A stretch of 51,529 nt of DNA from a virus. Each line of letters begins with the position of its first letter. Position 1 is the stretch's first letter. This document shows positions 18,021 through 26,744 of this stretch, one piece after another. The notes below the pieces were generated by a model. That model was not told the origin of the DNA. It ran no database searches and was given only the letters and a program-made list of their open reading frames with translations. The stretch lies in UHGV virus genome UHGV-1360036; one strand, 5' to 3'. Position numbers and translations under genes: made by a program.

Positions 18021-19547
18021 GATATTGACTTAGACTTCGAGCGAGATAGGAGACAGGAAGTAATTGACTATGTTATAAACAAATATCCAAACAAAGCAAT
18101 ACAGATTTGTTCTTATGGAATGTATGGAGTTGATAACCTTGTGAATGATTTGGCTAGTGTCTGTAATTTGAAAACAACAAAAGATGTTGATTGGTTTGAA
18201 GCAGATGAAAATAAAAAAGTGATTGCAGAAATTAAGTCATATATTAAGGGATTCATAGTAGATGATGAACTGAACATGAGTAACTTATTGAATGGATACA
18301 GAACAGAAGAGTTTAATGAAAGATATGATAACATTATAAAACATTTCTCAAAACTTTATGGTAAAATAAAGTATCTTGGAAAACATGCGGCTGGGGTTGC
18401 TGTGGTTGGAACAGATATAAGTGATTATACTTGTATTATTATGAGAGATAGAAAGACAGGAGCATTAAGCAGTTGTTTTGACAAAGATGATTTAGAGCAT
18501 ATTAATTGTGTAAAATTTGATATGCTTGGACTTAAAACAATGTCAGAAATGCGTGAGCTTAGAGAGAAAACAGGGCATACAATAACAGAAGAAGATGAAG
18601 AAAGTAAAGAGGTTATAGAGGGATTTAGAGAGGGAAGAACAGACGGAATATTTCAGATGGAGAAGTCAGCACCTAAAAAGATTCTTGATATGATTCAGTG
18701 TGATTGTATAAATGATATTATAGCGGTGAATGCATTAAACAGACCAGCACCATTACAGTTGCACATGCATGAAACATATGCACATAATAAACTTTCTGAT
18801 AAAGTAGATAAGAACACACCATACTACAAATATACACAAGAAACATATGGAACAATGTTATATCAAGAACAAACAGTTGAAGTAGCACAGAAAGTTGGAC
18901 ACTTAACACCACAGCAAAGTTTTGATATGTTAAAGATTATGAAGAAAGCGGAAAACTTAACAAAACCAGAATACGTTCCAATTATTGAACAAATGAAGAA
19001 AGATTTCTATAGAGGATGCAGACAAGAGGGATTGACGAAAGAACAAACAAATAACATATGGGCGAGTATGTTAATCTATGGTTTCAACAAGGGGCACTCA
19101 ACCGGCTATGCGTTAATAAGTATAGATCAGATGTTTTACAAAGTACATTACCCAACACAGTTTTGGTATGTTAAAATGAAGTATGCAGATAATGATGCAG
19201 ATATATTCAAATATTCACAGTTTGCGGTAAAAGATGGTGCTGTGGTTATGTTACCACATGTAAACTATTCAGCTAAAACTTCATTGCGTAAAATGGATGG
19301 AGAAGACGTTATACAGCAAGGGTTGAGTATTATTAAGGGTATCGGAGAAAAAGCCGCAGAAACCATTGAAAACGAGCGCAGAAAGGGTGTATTTAAATCA
19401 TATGACGATTTCTATGACAGATGTAAAGGAAGAAGTGTTACAACAAGAGTGATTGATATTCTGAAAGAACAGGGTGCACTTGAATTTAACAAAAACAAAT
19501 ATATGAGCAGAGTAGTAAAATATAATAGCACATTAATGGCGAGGTAG
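18021..19547 (+). CDS. DNA polymerase III alpha (DnaE-type) exon 2
   Basis: In-frame reading directly after the stop at 18018-18020 gives DIDLDFERDRRQEVIDYVINKY (DnaE PDIDIDF...RDEVIEYV). GKHAAGVAVVG, KFDMLGLKT, GIFQMEK and ALNRPAP are DnaE fingers/palm motifs. Confidence 0.75.
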   Translation, partial: DIDLDFERDRRQEVIDYVINKYPNKAIQICSYGMYGVDNLVNDLASVCNLKTTKDVDWFEADENKKVIAEIKSYIKGFIVDDELNMSNLLNGYRTEEFNERYDNIIKHFSKLYGKIKYLGKHAAGVAVVGTDISDYTCIIMRDRKTGALSSCFDKDDLEHINCVKFDMLGLKTMSEMRELREKTGHTITEEDEESKEVIEGFREGRTDGIFQMEKSAPKKILDMIQCDCINDIIAVNALNRPAPLQLHMHETYAHNKLSDKVDKNTPYYKYTQETYGTMLYQEQTVEVAQKVGHLTPQQSFDMLKIMKKAENLTKPEYVPIIEQMKKDFYRGCRQEGLTKEQTNNIWASMLIYGFNKGHSTGYALISIDQMFYKVHYPTQFWYVKMKYADNDADIFKYSQFAVKDGAVVMLPHVNYSAKTSLRKMDGEDVIQQGLSIIKGIGEKAAETIENERRKGVFKSYDDFYDRCKGRSVTTRVIDILKEQGALEFNKNKYMSRVVKYNSTLMAR

Positions 19548-19554
19548 AAAAGTG

Positions 19555-19905
19555 ATGAAAGAAATTATTGAAACATTGGAGAATGAAGAACAAAAGAAAC
19601 GAGATAACATAAATCCGGCACATTATAAGGATAGAACAAGTATTGAATGTATTGATGCAATGAGAATAGCATTCGGAGATATGGATGTAGCAATTTATTG
19701 TATCGTAAATGCGTATAAATATTTGTGGAGACATAAATATAAAAACAGACTTGAGGATTTGAAGAAAGCAGAATGGTATCTTGAGAGGTACACAGATTTA
19801 ACAAACGACAAGGAATGGATAAAATTGCCGGATGAAAAAGCAGAGACGATAAAAGAACTTGTTAAAAAAGGAAAAGAGGTAATCTTAAATGGCAAAAGGA
19901 ACTAA
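19555..19905 (+). CDS. DUF3310-family phage protein
   Basis: NPAHYKDRTSIECIDAMRIAFGD...YLWRHKYKN...EDLKKAEWYLERY. Confidence 0.6.
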   Translation: MKEIIETLENEEQKKRDNINPAHYKDRTSIECIDAMRIAFGDMDVAIYCIVNAYKYLWRHKYKNRLEDLKKAEWYLERYTDLTNDKEWIKLPDEKAETIKELVKKGKEVILNGKRN

Positions 19906-20809
19906 TAAAGATGGAATATTAAAATTAATTGCAGAAATCGATAAAAAAGAAAATGGTAGTGTTTATAGTTTGGGAAAGAAAACAGCAGACTTGGATATTC
20001 CAAGATGGAGTACTGGGTTGGCTGACCTTGACAATATTATTGGTGGTGGAATTCCAAAAGGAAGAATTATCGAGATATTTGGTGCAGAGAGTGCAGGAAA
20101 AACAACATTAGGCTATCAGTTATGTGCGCAACACGAGTTGTGCCTTGTAGAACCCGTAGAGGGAACATTTTCAACAGAAAGAGCGAAGTTGTTTGGTAAC
20201 AGACCAAAACAAATGATTATATATAGAGCGCCATATGGAGAAAAAGCATTCAATAGAGCAATAAGGTTTGCAGAAGAGGGTATTCCGTTAATTATGATTG
20301 ATAGTGTGCCATCATTACAGCCAAAGGATGATATAGATAAGGTTAGAAAGGCAGTAAACACTGATAGCGAACAGGAAATGCGTATCGGTGGTGTAGCAAG
20401 ACTTATGGATAAGTATTTACCAACATTGGAATACATCATTGAACAAACAGGAACAACGGTTGTATTTATAAATCAAATAAGAGATAAAATGAATGCGCTA
20501 CCTTTTGGCGATAACATTAAAACTCCCGGTGGTCATAAGTTATCACATGCTGATTCACTTAAGTTGCAAGTAGCAAGAAAAGGATATATTGAAATTCCTA
20601 ACCATAACCCATTTAACACAGAAGCAAAAGAGCGTATAGGAATGATTATGAAAGTTAAAGTCGTAAAAAGTAAAGTTTGTAATCCAATGCAAAGCTGTGA
20701 AATCCCATTATTCTATGAGCGTGGTTTTGTAGATTTTGCAGACCTTGATTCTGTTAGAAAAGAAATCATGGATGAACACAAGAAAAAATACAAGGAAATG
20801 CTAGAGTGA
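19889..20809 (+). CDS. RecA-family recombinase/ATPase (Sak4- or RecA-like)
   Basis: LDIPRWSTGLADLDNIIGGGIPKGRIIEIFGAESAGKTTL matches RecA's N-terminal region and Walker A. Confidence 0.7.
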   Translation: MAKGTNKDGILKLIAEIDKKENGSVYSLGKKTADLDIPRWSTGLADLDNIIGGGIPKGRIIEIFGAESAGKTTLGYQLCAQHELCLVEPVEGTFSTERAKLFGNRPKQMIIYRAPYGEKAFNRAIRFAEEGIPLIMIDSVPSLQPKDDIDKVRKAVNTDSEQEMRIGGVARLMDKYLPTLEYIIEQTGTTVVFINQIRDKMNALPFGDNIKTPGGHKLSHADSLKLQVARKGYIEIPNHNPFNTEAKERIGMIMKVKVVKSKVCNPMQSCEIPLFYERGFVDFADLDSVRKEIMDEHKKKYKEMLE

Positions 20810-20974
20810 TATTTTATTGTATAGTATTTAAGCGAACTTATACAAGTGGTGGAAGTGCAGAACATAGATTCTTTTGCTATGCTGAAACAGAAAAGCAAGC
20901 AAGAACAAGGTTCTGTACAACCACTGGTTTGAAACAAACAAACATATTATCTATTTCAGAACAGGGAGCAGAAA

Positions 20975-21832
20975 ATGGGAATCATAGACGATATTAAAAA
21001 GGATGCAGACAAAACATTTACAAAAGTACAAAGTACACAAGAAAAAGAAATAGAACAGATGCTGAATGGTTTATTTTATTTAGACAAGGATATTCCAAAA
21101 GAATTGAAATTCCTTAAAAGTGTAATGACAAGGGGAGCAGAAACAACAGAAAGAAAAGGACTACATGCAAGTGCTGTAATTGTATCAGATGATAAGTTCT
21201 GCATACGACAGCAAGTATTAAGTTTATTCTATAAACAATTACAAGGAGAACAAGTTCCAGTAGGTTTAAGGAGAATATTCAGTGAGGGTGATGCAATACA
21301 TGAGAAGTGGCAAAGGCTATTTATTAGGGGTGGCTTGTGTAAGCCTCTAGATTGCGATTATAGCCGTTTTGCAGAAGAGTTTGACTTATCATACACCCCA
21401 GATATAATATGTGAAATACCGGCAGATTACAGGCTTGAAAGCGTATATGATGATAGTGTGGAAAAGATACCGTATATTGTAGAAATCAAAAGTGTAAATA
21501 CATTTACATTTAAAAAACAAAAGTACCATGCAAGTGGAAGAAAGCAATGCCAGCTTTATATGTATTTAACAGGAATACACCATGGAATAGTTCTGTGTGA
21601 TGATAAAAACACACAGGAATTTAAAGTATACCATTATGAATATAATCCGAGTGAAATTGCACAATACATTGGAAGATTGGAAAGAATACAGGAAAGTAAA
21701 ACAAAGCTACTAGAACAAAACAAACTTGTAAAAAGGCATAAGAAATGCACAGGATATAATTGTAAGATGGCAGAAGAATGCAACATGAAAGATGTATGCT
21801 ATGGAAAAGCAAAAGAAAGGCTATCTAATTAA
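20975..21832 (+). CDS. PD-(D/E)XK exonuclease, Cas4/RecB-like with C-terminal Cys cluster
   Basis: DIICEI...YIVEIKSV D/E-x-K motif. C-terminal CTGYNCKMAEECNMKDVC. Confidence 0.55.
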   Translation: MGIIDDIKKDADKTFTKVQSTQEKEIEQMLNGLFYLDKDIPKELKFLKSVMTRGAETTERKGLHASAVIVSDDKFCIRQQVLSLFYKQLQGEQVPVGLRRIFSEGDAIHEKWQRLFIRGGLCKPLDCDYSRFAEEFDLSYTPDIICEIPADYRLESVYDDSVEKIPYIVEIKSVNTFTFKKQKYHASGRKQCQLYMYLTGIHHGIVLCDDKNTQEFKVYHYEYNPSEIAQYIGRLERIQESKTKLLEQNKLVKRHKKCTGYNCKMAEECNMKDVCYGKAKERLSN

Positions 21833-22233
21833 TGGCAAAATATTGCAAAGCATATGCACTCCGTGTAACATATTTAGATTGCATGGAGTGTGAAACAAAG
21901 GAGTGTAAAGGGATGCAGAACATACATAAAACATATTTACGATTACTTCCAGAACAGGAATGTTTTCTTGTATTTGTAAGTAAAAGGGAAAAGGCAAAAA
22001 AGAATGTTGTTCTAAAATGTATTGTAAAAGAATGTATAGTTCGCAAAGATGAAACACTATATAATTTAAAACCAATTAAATGCGTAACAGATAAAAAGGA
22101 AAACATAGAAAGCTATAAACAAAACTTTTTATGTATTAACAGTACAATAGATACAGGAATAAGAAAAACACAAAGAGACATATACCCAGTATTTACAAGC
22201 AAAGAAAAATGTTTGGAGTGGTTAAAAGCATGA
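21832..22233 (+). CDS. Cys-rich hypothetical protein
   Basis: CKAYALRVTYLDCMECETKECKG. Confidence 0.45.
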   Translation: MAKYCKAYALRVTYLDCMECETKECKGMQNIHKTYLRLLPEQECFLVFVSKREKAKKNVVLKCIVKECIVRKDETLYNLKPIKCVTDKKENIESYKQNFLCINSTIDTGIRKTQRDIYPVFTSKEKCLEWLKA

Positions 22234-22673
22234 GTGGAAGAAGTTGTGCGGAATGTTGTTATCTAGATAAAAGCAAAAAGGAAATGGGGAAGTATGGAAG
22301 CCACATTTATGGATGTAAAAGCGCAAACAGAAATAGCGTAGTAGGATATATTAAAAAAGATAGTGAACTTAAAACAATGGGGTGCAGTTATTGTAATAAA
22401 ATAAAAGTTGGAACAAGGTTCATGCTTAATAAAACAAAGTGTTTCTATTGTGGAAGTATAAAAACAAAACATGGGAGAAAATATTTAGTGTACAATGCAT
22501 CAACATATGTTCAAAATGGTTATTATGTTGATGTAGTAGAAAAGGACTGGTTTTCAGAACATATAAAAGATATTGTTATTGAGCATCAAACAGAGGAACA
22601 AATTGAAGCATTAAAACAAACAGCAAGATGGTATAAAAAGAGAGTGATAAAACGTGAAGAAGAAAACAGATGA
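22209..22673 (+). CDS. zinc-ribbon-rich hypothetical protein
   Basis: CAECC...CSYCNK...CFYCGS. Confidence 0.45.
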   Translation: MFGVVKSMSGRSCAECCYLDKSKKEMGKYGSHIYGCKSANRNSVVGYIKKDSELKTMGCSYCNKIKVGTRFMLNKTKCFYCGSIKTKHGRKYLVYNASTYVQNGYYVDVVEKDWFSEHIKDIVIEHQTEEQIEALKQTARWYKKRVIKREEENR

Positions 22674-23448
22674 TAGAAATTATAAAAAGAGATTTGAAAA
22701 AGGTTTCAAGATGTTGTGTAGTTCAAAGTCAACATATCAAGTATGGTCTGATTGTATGGCGTTGTTTGCGATAACACTAGCAAACCAAAGTATTTTACCA
22801 ATGGCTAAAGACAAACAATTTAAAGAGATATGGGATAAAAGGGAAAAAGAATATTTAAGAATTATTAATAGTTATTCTAAAAAAGAGCAGAAGTTATTTC
22901 CACAAATGTTTGCACTAATCGTAGAAGAATTAGAACAAAATCCAAACCAAGATTTGTTAGGCGAATTATATATGCTTTTAAATATATCAAACAAAAATGC
23001 AGGACAATTTTTTACACCTTATGATATATGTAAAGTAATGTCAAGTGTTACATTTAATAGAAAAGAATTAGGAAAAACAGTACACAAGGAAGGTTATGCA
23101 AGTATATATGATTGTGCATGTGGTGCTGGGGCAACATTAATAAGTGCAAGTGAGCAATGTAAGGAAATGTTTAAAAAATATAATTATCAAAATCATGTGT
23201 ACTTTGTCGGACAGGATGTAGATATAACTTGTGTATATATGTGTTATATACAGCTTGCATTACATGGACTTGCTGGATATGTGATACATGGTAACACGCT
23301 GATGAAACCCGAGCCAGAGTTACCAAAAGATTTAGAAAACATATATTTTACACCGATATGGTTTTCTGATGTATGGGCAATGCGTAGGTTATTTCATAAT
23401 CAAGATATATTAGGGAGAAAATTGAAACATGGTAGTAATAGGAATTGA
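22654..23448 (+). CDS. truncated/degenerate HsdM-like N6-adenine methyltransferase homolog
   Basis: GQFFTPYDICKVM and motif I IYDCACGAGATL, plus LALHGL...IHGNTL as in HsdM. Where NPPF is expected the sequence reads FTPIWF, and the ORF ends ~40 aa later. Confidence 0.5.
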   Translation: MKKKTDDRNYKKRFEKGFKMLCSSKSTYQVWSDCMALFAITLANQSILPMAKDKQFKEIWDKREKEYLRIINSYSKKEQKLFPQMFALIVEELEQNPNQDLLGELYMLLNISNKNAGQFFTPYDICKVMSSVTFNRKELGKTVHKEGYASIYDCACGAGATLISASEQCKEMFKKYNYQNHVYFVGQDVDITCVYMCYIQLALHGLAGYVIHGNTLMKPEPELPKDLENIYFTPIWFSDVWAMRRLFHNQDILGRKLKHGSNRN

Positions 23449-24043
23449 TGAAAGTTATACACGAACAGGAATTACAGTATTAGAAGATAAAAAGCTATTG
23501 AAAATGTATAGTATAGATTTTACGAGATGCAAAAATAACTATGATAAGCGTAAAGACCTTAGAAGCGTCCTAGAATCAATTTTAAATGAGCTATTAAGGA
23601 AATATAAGCCTATAGAAATAAAATGCATTATAGAGCGTATTAGAACGTTTAGTGGTGGACATATGAGTTCACAGTATTTAATTACAACAGGTGGTTTAAT
23701 CGTAACAATATTAGATGTATTTCTAGCACATAATATAAAAGTTTATAGTGTAGATACCAAGGCATGGAAGAATGCAGTTATTGGAACAAGCAAACCAAAA
23801 GAGAATAAATATGGAATAAATCCTAACAAGTATCCTACAATCCTCTATTTGAAGCAGAAAGGGCTTTTAAAGTACATAGCCGAGGAATATAAAGGCAGGG
23901 GCAAGAAAGGCGTTATAAACGTTAAAATAGGAGCTGAGAAAGTACCTTGTAAAATAAATGATGATTTAGCAGATAGTTATTGTATTGCTATGTATGGATT
24001 CATACCTAAAACAAAACAAAAACTAAAAGAAGAAACATTTTAG
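23429..24043 (+). CDS. RuvC-like Holliday junction resolvase
   Basis: VIGIDESYTRTGITVLED at the N-terminus. C-terminal DDLADSYCIAMYG. Confidence 0.65.
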   Translation: MVVIGIDESYTRTGITVLEDKKLLKMYSIDFTRCKNNYDKRKDLRSVLESILNELLRKYKPIEIKCIIERIRTFSGGHMSSQYLITTGGLIVTILDVFLAHNIKVYSVDTKAWKNAVIGTSKPKENKYGINPNKYPTILYLKQKGLLKYIAEEYKGRGKKGVINVKIGAEKVPCKINDDLADSYCIAMYGFIPKTKQKLKEETF

Positions 24044-24072
24044 GGAACGTATAAAAAGCGTTCCTTTTTTTT
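24043..24072 (+). terminator. rho-independent terminator
   Basis: GGGAACG-tataaaaag-CGTTCC followed by TTTTTTTT. Confidence 0.8.
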
Positions 24073-24087
24073 GTTACAAAAAAGTAT

Positions 24088-24116
24088 TTGACAAAACATT
24101 AAAATTATAGTATTAT
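24088..24116 (+). promoter_or_regulatory. sigma-A-type promoter (TTGACA-17-TATTAT)
   Basis: Hexamers at 24088-24093 and 24111-24116. Confidence 0.55.
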
Positions 24117-24163
24117 ATGTACAGAAACGAATAGTAGTCATAAACAAAATAGGAGTGATATGT

Positions 24164-24388
24164 ATGGAATTAAAAACAGAAAAAGAAATAAACAATTATA
24201 TCGAAGCTTACAAAAAATTAATTGCTAAAAATAATAGCAGACCTTGTATTGAGTGGCAATGTGGAGAATCATTAGTCAAAAGGTGCGATAAAGAGCCTTG
24301 TAAATGGTGCTGTTATTATAATTGTTCTTGTTGTATTCATAGGGATGAATGTGTTTCAAAAATGTTATTGACAAAACAAAACAAATAG
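24164..24388 (+). CDS. Cys-rich small protein, paralog A
   Basis: RBS AGGAG then ATG 24164. PCIEWQCGESLVKRCDKEPCKWCCYYNCSCCIHRDEC. Paralog of 26745..26975. Confidence 0.55.
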   Translation: MELKTEKEINNYIEAYKKLIAKNNSRPCIEWQCGESLVKRCDKEPCKWCCYYNCSCCIHRDECVSKMLLTKQNK

Positions 24389-24438
24389 TGTAATATAGTA
24401 ATTGTAAACAAGAGAGAACAAACGAGGAGAAAATAAAA

Positions 24439-24681
24439 ATGAAAGAATTAAAGATTTTTGAAAAACTTAAAACAGCATATGAGTGTTCAACACCGAATAA
24501 CAACCTTTTTGAAAAGGCAATTAATTCTATTAAGTGGGAAAACACTTTTATTGAAGATTGCGAATATTATTATTGCTATGGCGATTTGTGTTTTATAACA
24601 CCATCATTAAATCCTTTTGATTGTGATAAGTTTAGTAAACCATCAGCAATGTTAGCAGGTGGTTCATATATTGAATTCTAG
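24439..24681 (+). CDS. hypothetical Cys/Tyr-rich small protein
   Basis: RBS GAGGAG. Internal sequence DCEYYYCYGDLCF. Confidence 0.45.
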   Translation: MKELKIFEKLKTAYECSTPNNNLFEKAINSIKWENTFIEDCEYYYCYGDLCFITPSLNPFDCDKFSKPSAMLAGGSYIEF

Positions 24682-24706
24682 GTAGCCTAAAAAACTACCT
24701 TTTATT
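24681..24706 (+). terminator. rho-independent terminator
   Basis: GGTAG-cctaaaaaa-CTACC followed by TTTTATTAT. Confidence 0.65.
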
Positions 24707-24815
24707 ATAGCTTCTATAGCTTGTATTTTAAGTTTCTAGCGTGTTTATATAGTTCAGTAATAAAAGTATAAGGTAAAGGCATAAAGTGTCTTAAATCGTT
24801 AAATAGGAGGGTCAT

Positions 24816-25103
24816 ATGATGTATTGTAATATTTTAAGGAAAAAAGATTTGAAACCAGAAAAGAAACAGTGTTTTAAAACAAAATATAAAAACATTGTTA
24901 TTGTCAAACTAAAAGATGAGAGATATTCAATAACACATTACCAAACAGGAGTAGCAATTACATATAATAGATATACGTCAATAAACAAAGCATTGTTAGA
25001 TTTAGATAGAGTCGTTTATAGAACAATGGAAATACTCAAAAGAAATAACATAACATTTAACCAATTCTATAAACAAAAAGGAATGAAACAAATAAACTTT
25101 TAA
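24816..25103 (+). CDS. hypothetical protein
   Basis: RBS AGGAGGG. Confidence 0.5.
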   Translation: MMYCNILRKKDLKPEKKQCFKTKYKNIVIVKLKDERYSITHYQTGVAITYNRYTSINKALLDLDRVVYRTMEILKRNNITFNQFYKQKGMKQINF

Positions 25104-25235
25104 AGCACAAATTTTCTTTTTGTATATATATTTATATATATATTTTTCTTTATAAAGCTATACAGCTTATATTTATAAAACATATAACATAAAAAGTTTT
25201 TAAAATAGTTATTGCTTATTTTTTTTAAATAACTG

Positions 25236-25264
25236 TTGACATATAACAACAAATGTATTATAGT
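25236..25264 (+). promoter_or_regulatory. sigma-A-type promoter (TTGACA-17-TATAGT)
   Basis: Sits in a 250-nt AT-rich intergenic region. Preceded by the hairpin AGTTATT-N14-AATAACT. Confidence 0.5.
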
Positions 25265-25356
25265 ATTAAATGTAAACAAGAGAACAGTAATATAAAACAA
25301 ATAAGAAGATTAAAACAGATTAGAAGAAAATATAATAACAAGGGAGTGAATAACAA

Positions 25357-25578
25357 ATGGAAAGTATTAATTCAGTATTAAAGCCTTGCCCGTTTTGTGG
25401 AGGTAAAGCAGTTTTATTTGTAGAAAATGGCGTACATGTTATGTGTTTATCATGTGGAATTAGAACTTCTTCAAAAGTAGATAAGATTTATCAAAAAGGA
25501 ATATCACAAGAAAGAATAGTTACAGATTCTGTTGATAAAGTAATAGAAGAGTGGAACAGGAGAGTAAGTAATGTGTAA
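25357..25578 (+). CDS. Lar-family restriction alleviation protein (anti-restriction)
   Basis: LKPCPFCGGKAVLF...VMCLSCGIRT...VIEEWNRRV matches the Lar family CPFCG...C..CG...AIEAWNRR signature. Confidence 0.6.
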   Translation: MESINSVLKPCPFCGGKAVLFVENGVHVMCLSCGIRTSSKVDKIYQKGISQERIVTDSVDKVIEEWNRRVSNV

Positions 25579-25783
25579 AGAAATTGAAATAGATACATTA
25601 ACTCAATTTATAGCCGGTTTTATGTATGGAAATTATGACCAAGTATTAGTTCAATTTCCAACAGGTAAAAGAGTAAAAGTTATTGATATGTCGTTAAGTG
25701 TATTGGACGGTATAAAAGTAAAATTTATAAAAGGTATATCGTTTGATTTAGATAAAAAAATGTATGTGATTGAGGTGGAATAA
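25571..25783 (+). CDS. hypothetical protein
   Basis: 70-aa ORF overlapping the previous stop. Confidence 0.4.
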   Translation: MCKEIEIDTLTQFIAGFMYGNYDQVLVQFPTGKRVKVIDMSLSVLDGIKVKFIKGISFDLDKKMYVIEVE

Positions 25784-26098
25784 ATGTATACTTTTCCAAT
25801 ATATTGGACAGATAAATTAAAAATAGATTTTCTACAAAGAGTTATTTTAATACATAGTTATTTGTACTATGAAGAAGATAGTCCAAAATGGAGTGATAAA
25901 AAGTTTGATGAAATATCAAAACAACTTGTAGAACTTCAAAAAGAATACTCACAGAAAACATTAAGAGTATATACACAGTATGGATATGTTTTCTATGATT
26001 TTGATGGAACAACAGGTTTTGACTTATTTGATAGGCTTAATGGAATAGATAAACAATTCATTGGTAAACTAGCAAAACAAATTATAAAAGGTGAATAG
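25784..26098 (+). CDS. small protein resembling the NAD-dependent DNA ligase N-terminal (Ia) domain
   Basis: IHSYLYYEEDSPKWSDKKFDEISKQLVELQKEY resembles LigA YxYYVLDxPxISDxEYDxLxxEL. Confidence 0.4.
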   Translation: MYTFPIYWTDKLKIDFLQRVILIHSYLYYEEDSPKWSDKKFDEISKQLVELQKEYSQKTLRVYTQYGYVFYDFDGTTGFDLFDRLNGIDKQFIGKLAKQIIKGE

Positions 26099-26107
26099 GT
26101 AAACAAA

Positions 26108-26734
26108 ATGAAAGCAGATTTTGAAAAAGGAACAAAGGTATGTTCTAAGTGTAAAAAAGAATTACCGATAGAAATGTTTGGCAAAAATAAACACGCAATT
26201 GATGGGCTGTATTGTTATTGTAAAGTGTGTAGAAAACAACTTTCAAGAATACAGTATGAAAAGACACGAGAGATTCGATTAAAACAAAGTCGGCAAAGAA
26301 AAAACGAAATTTCTAATACGTTTGGAAGAGTAGGTTATAAAAGAGGAGACCATGGTTCAATAAAACGTGATTATGAACTTTCTAACGAAGAACTTGTACG
26401 CAGAAATAATAATAGAGTTAATAATAAAACAAAACAGCCATGTGAGAATATGCAAGGTATTTTAATATGGTATGATGGTAAATTAGAAAAGCTGAATAGA
26501 AAAGATTATGCGAGAATACTTAGAACAGAATATAATAGGCAAAGGGTTTGTGCTATACGTGGCTACATAGCGTGGACACAGCCATCCGAACATTTCTTAT
26601 TTGATTTTGATTTAGAATGGATGCTAAAAGAAAATGCTAGTTGTTCATATGGTAAAAATAAGCTACATATAACAAAATGGTGGGATGGAGAAATACGTCA
26701 TTGGACAGTAAATGATGGCATATGGAAGAAGTAG
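26108..26734 (+). CDS. zinc-ribbon protein (phage HNH-endonuclease-type N-terminal ribbon, no clear HNH core)
   Basis: KVCSKCKKELPIEMFGKNKHAIDGLYCYCKVC. Confidence 0.45.
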   Translation: MKADFEKGTKVCSKCKKELPIEMFGKNKHAIDGLYCYCKVCRKQLSRIQYEKTREIRLKQSRQRKNEISNTFGRVGYKRGDHGSIKRDYELSNEELVRRNNNRVNNKTKQPCENMQGILIWYDGKLEKLNRKDYARILRTEYNRQRVCAIRGYIAWTQPSEHFLFDFDLEWMLKENASCSYGKNKLHITKWWDGEIRHWTVNDGIWKK

Positions 26735-26744
26735 GGTGAAGTAA

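Noticed and set aside
16003-19547. Intein or two-subunit split polymerase as explanation for the divided DnaE
   Set aside because: The two parts are in different reading contexts and separated by stop codons. The insert carries a free-standing HNH ORF with its own start. The boundaries fit U|...G| group I rules, and the split falls exactly between adjacent DnaE motifs. An intron is more parsimonious, though a split polymerase is not strictly excluded.
20806-20997. 63-aa ORF in the gap between the RecA-like and Cas4-like genes
   Set aside because: GTG start overlapping the upstream stop with no RBS. Composition is unremarkable. It could be real, but support is insufficient.
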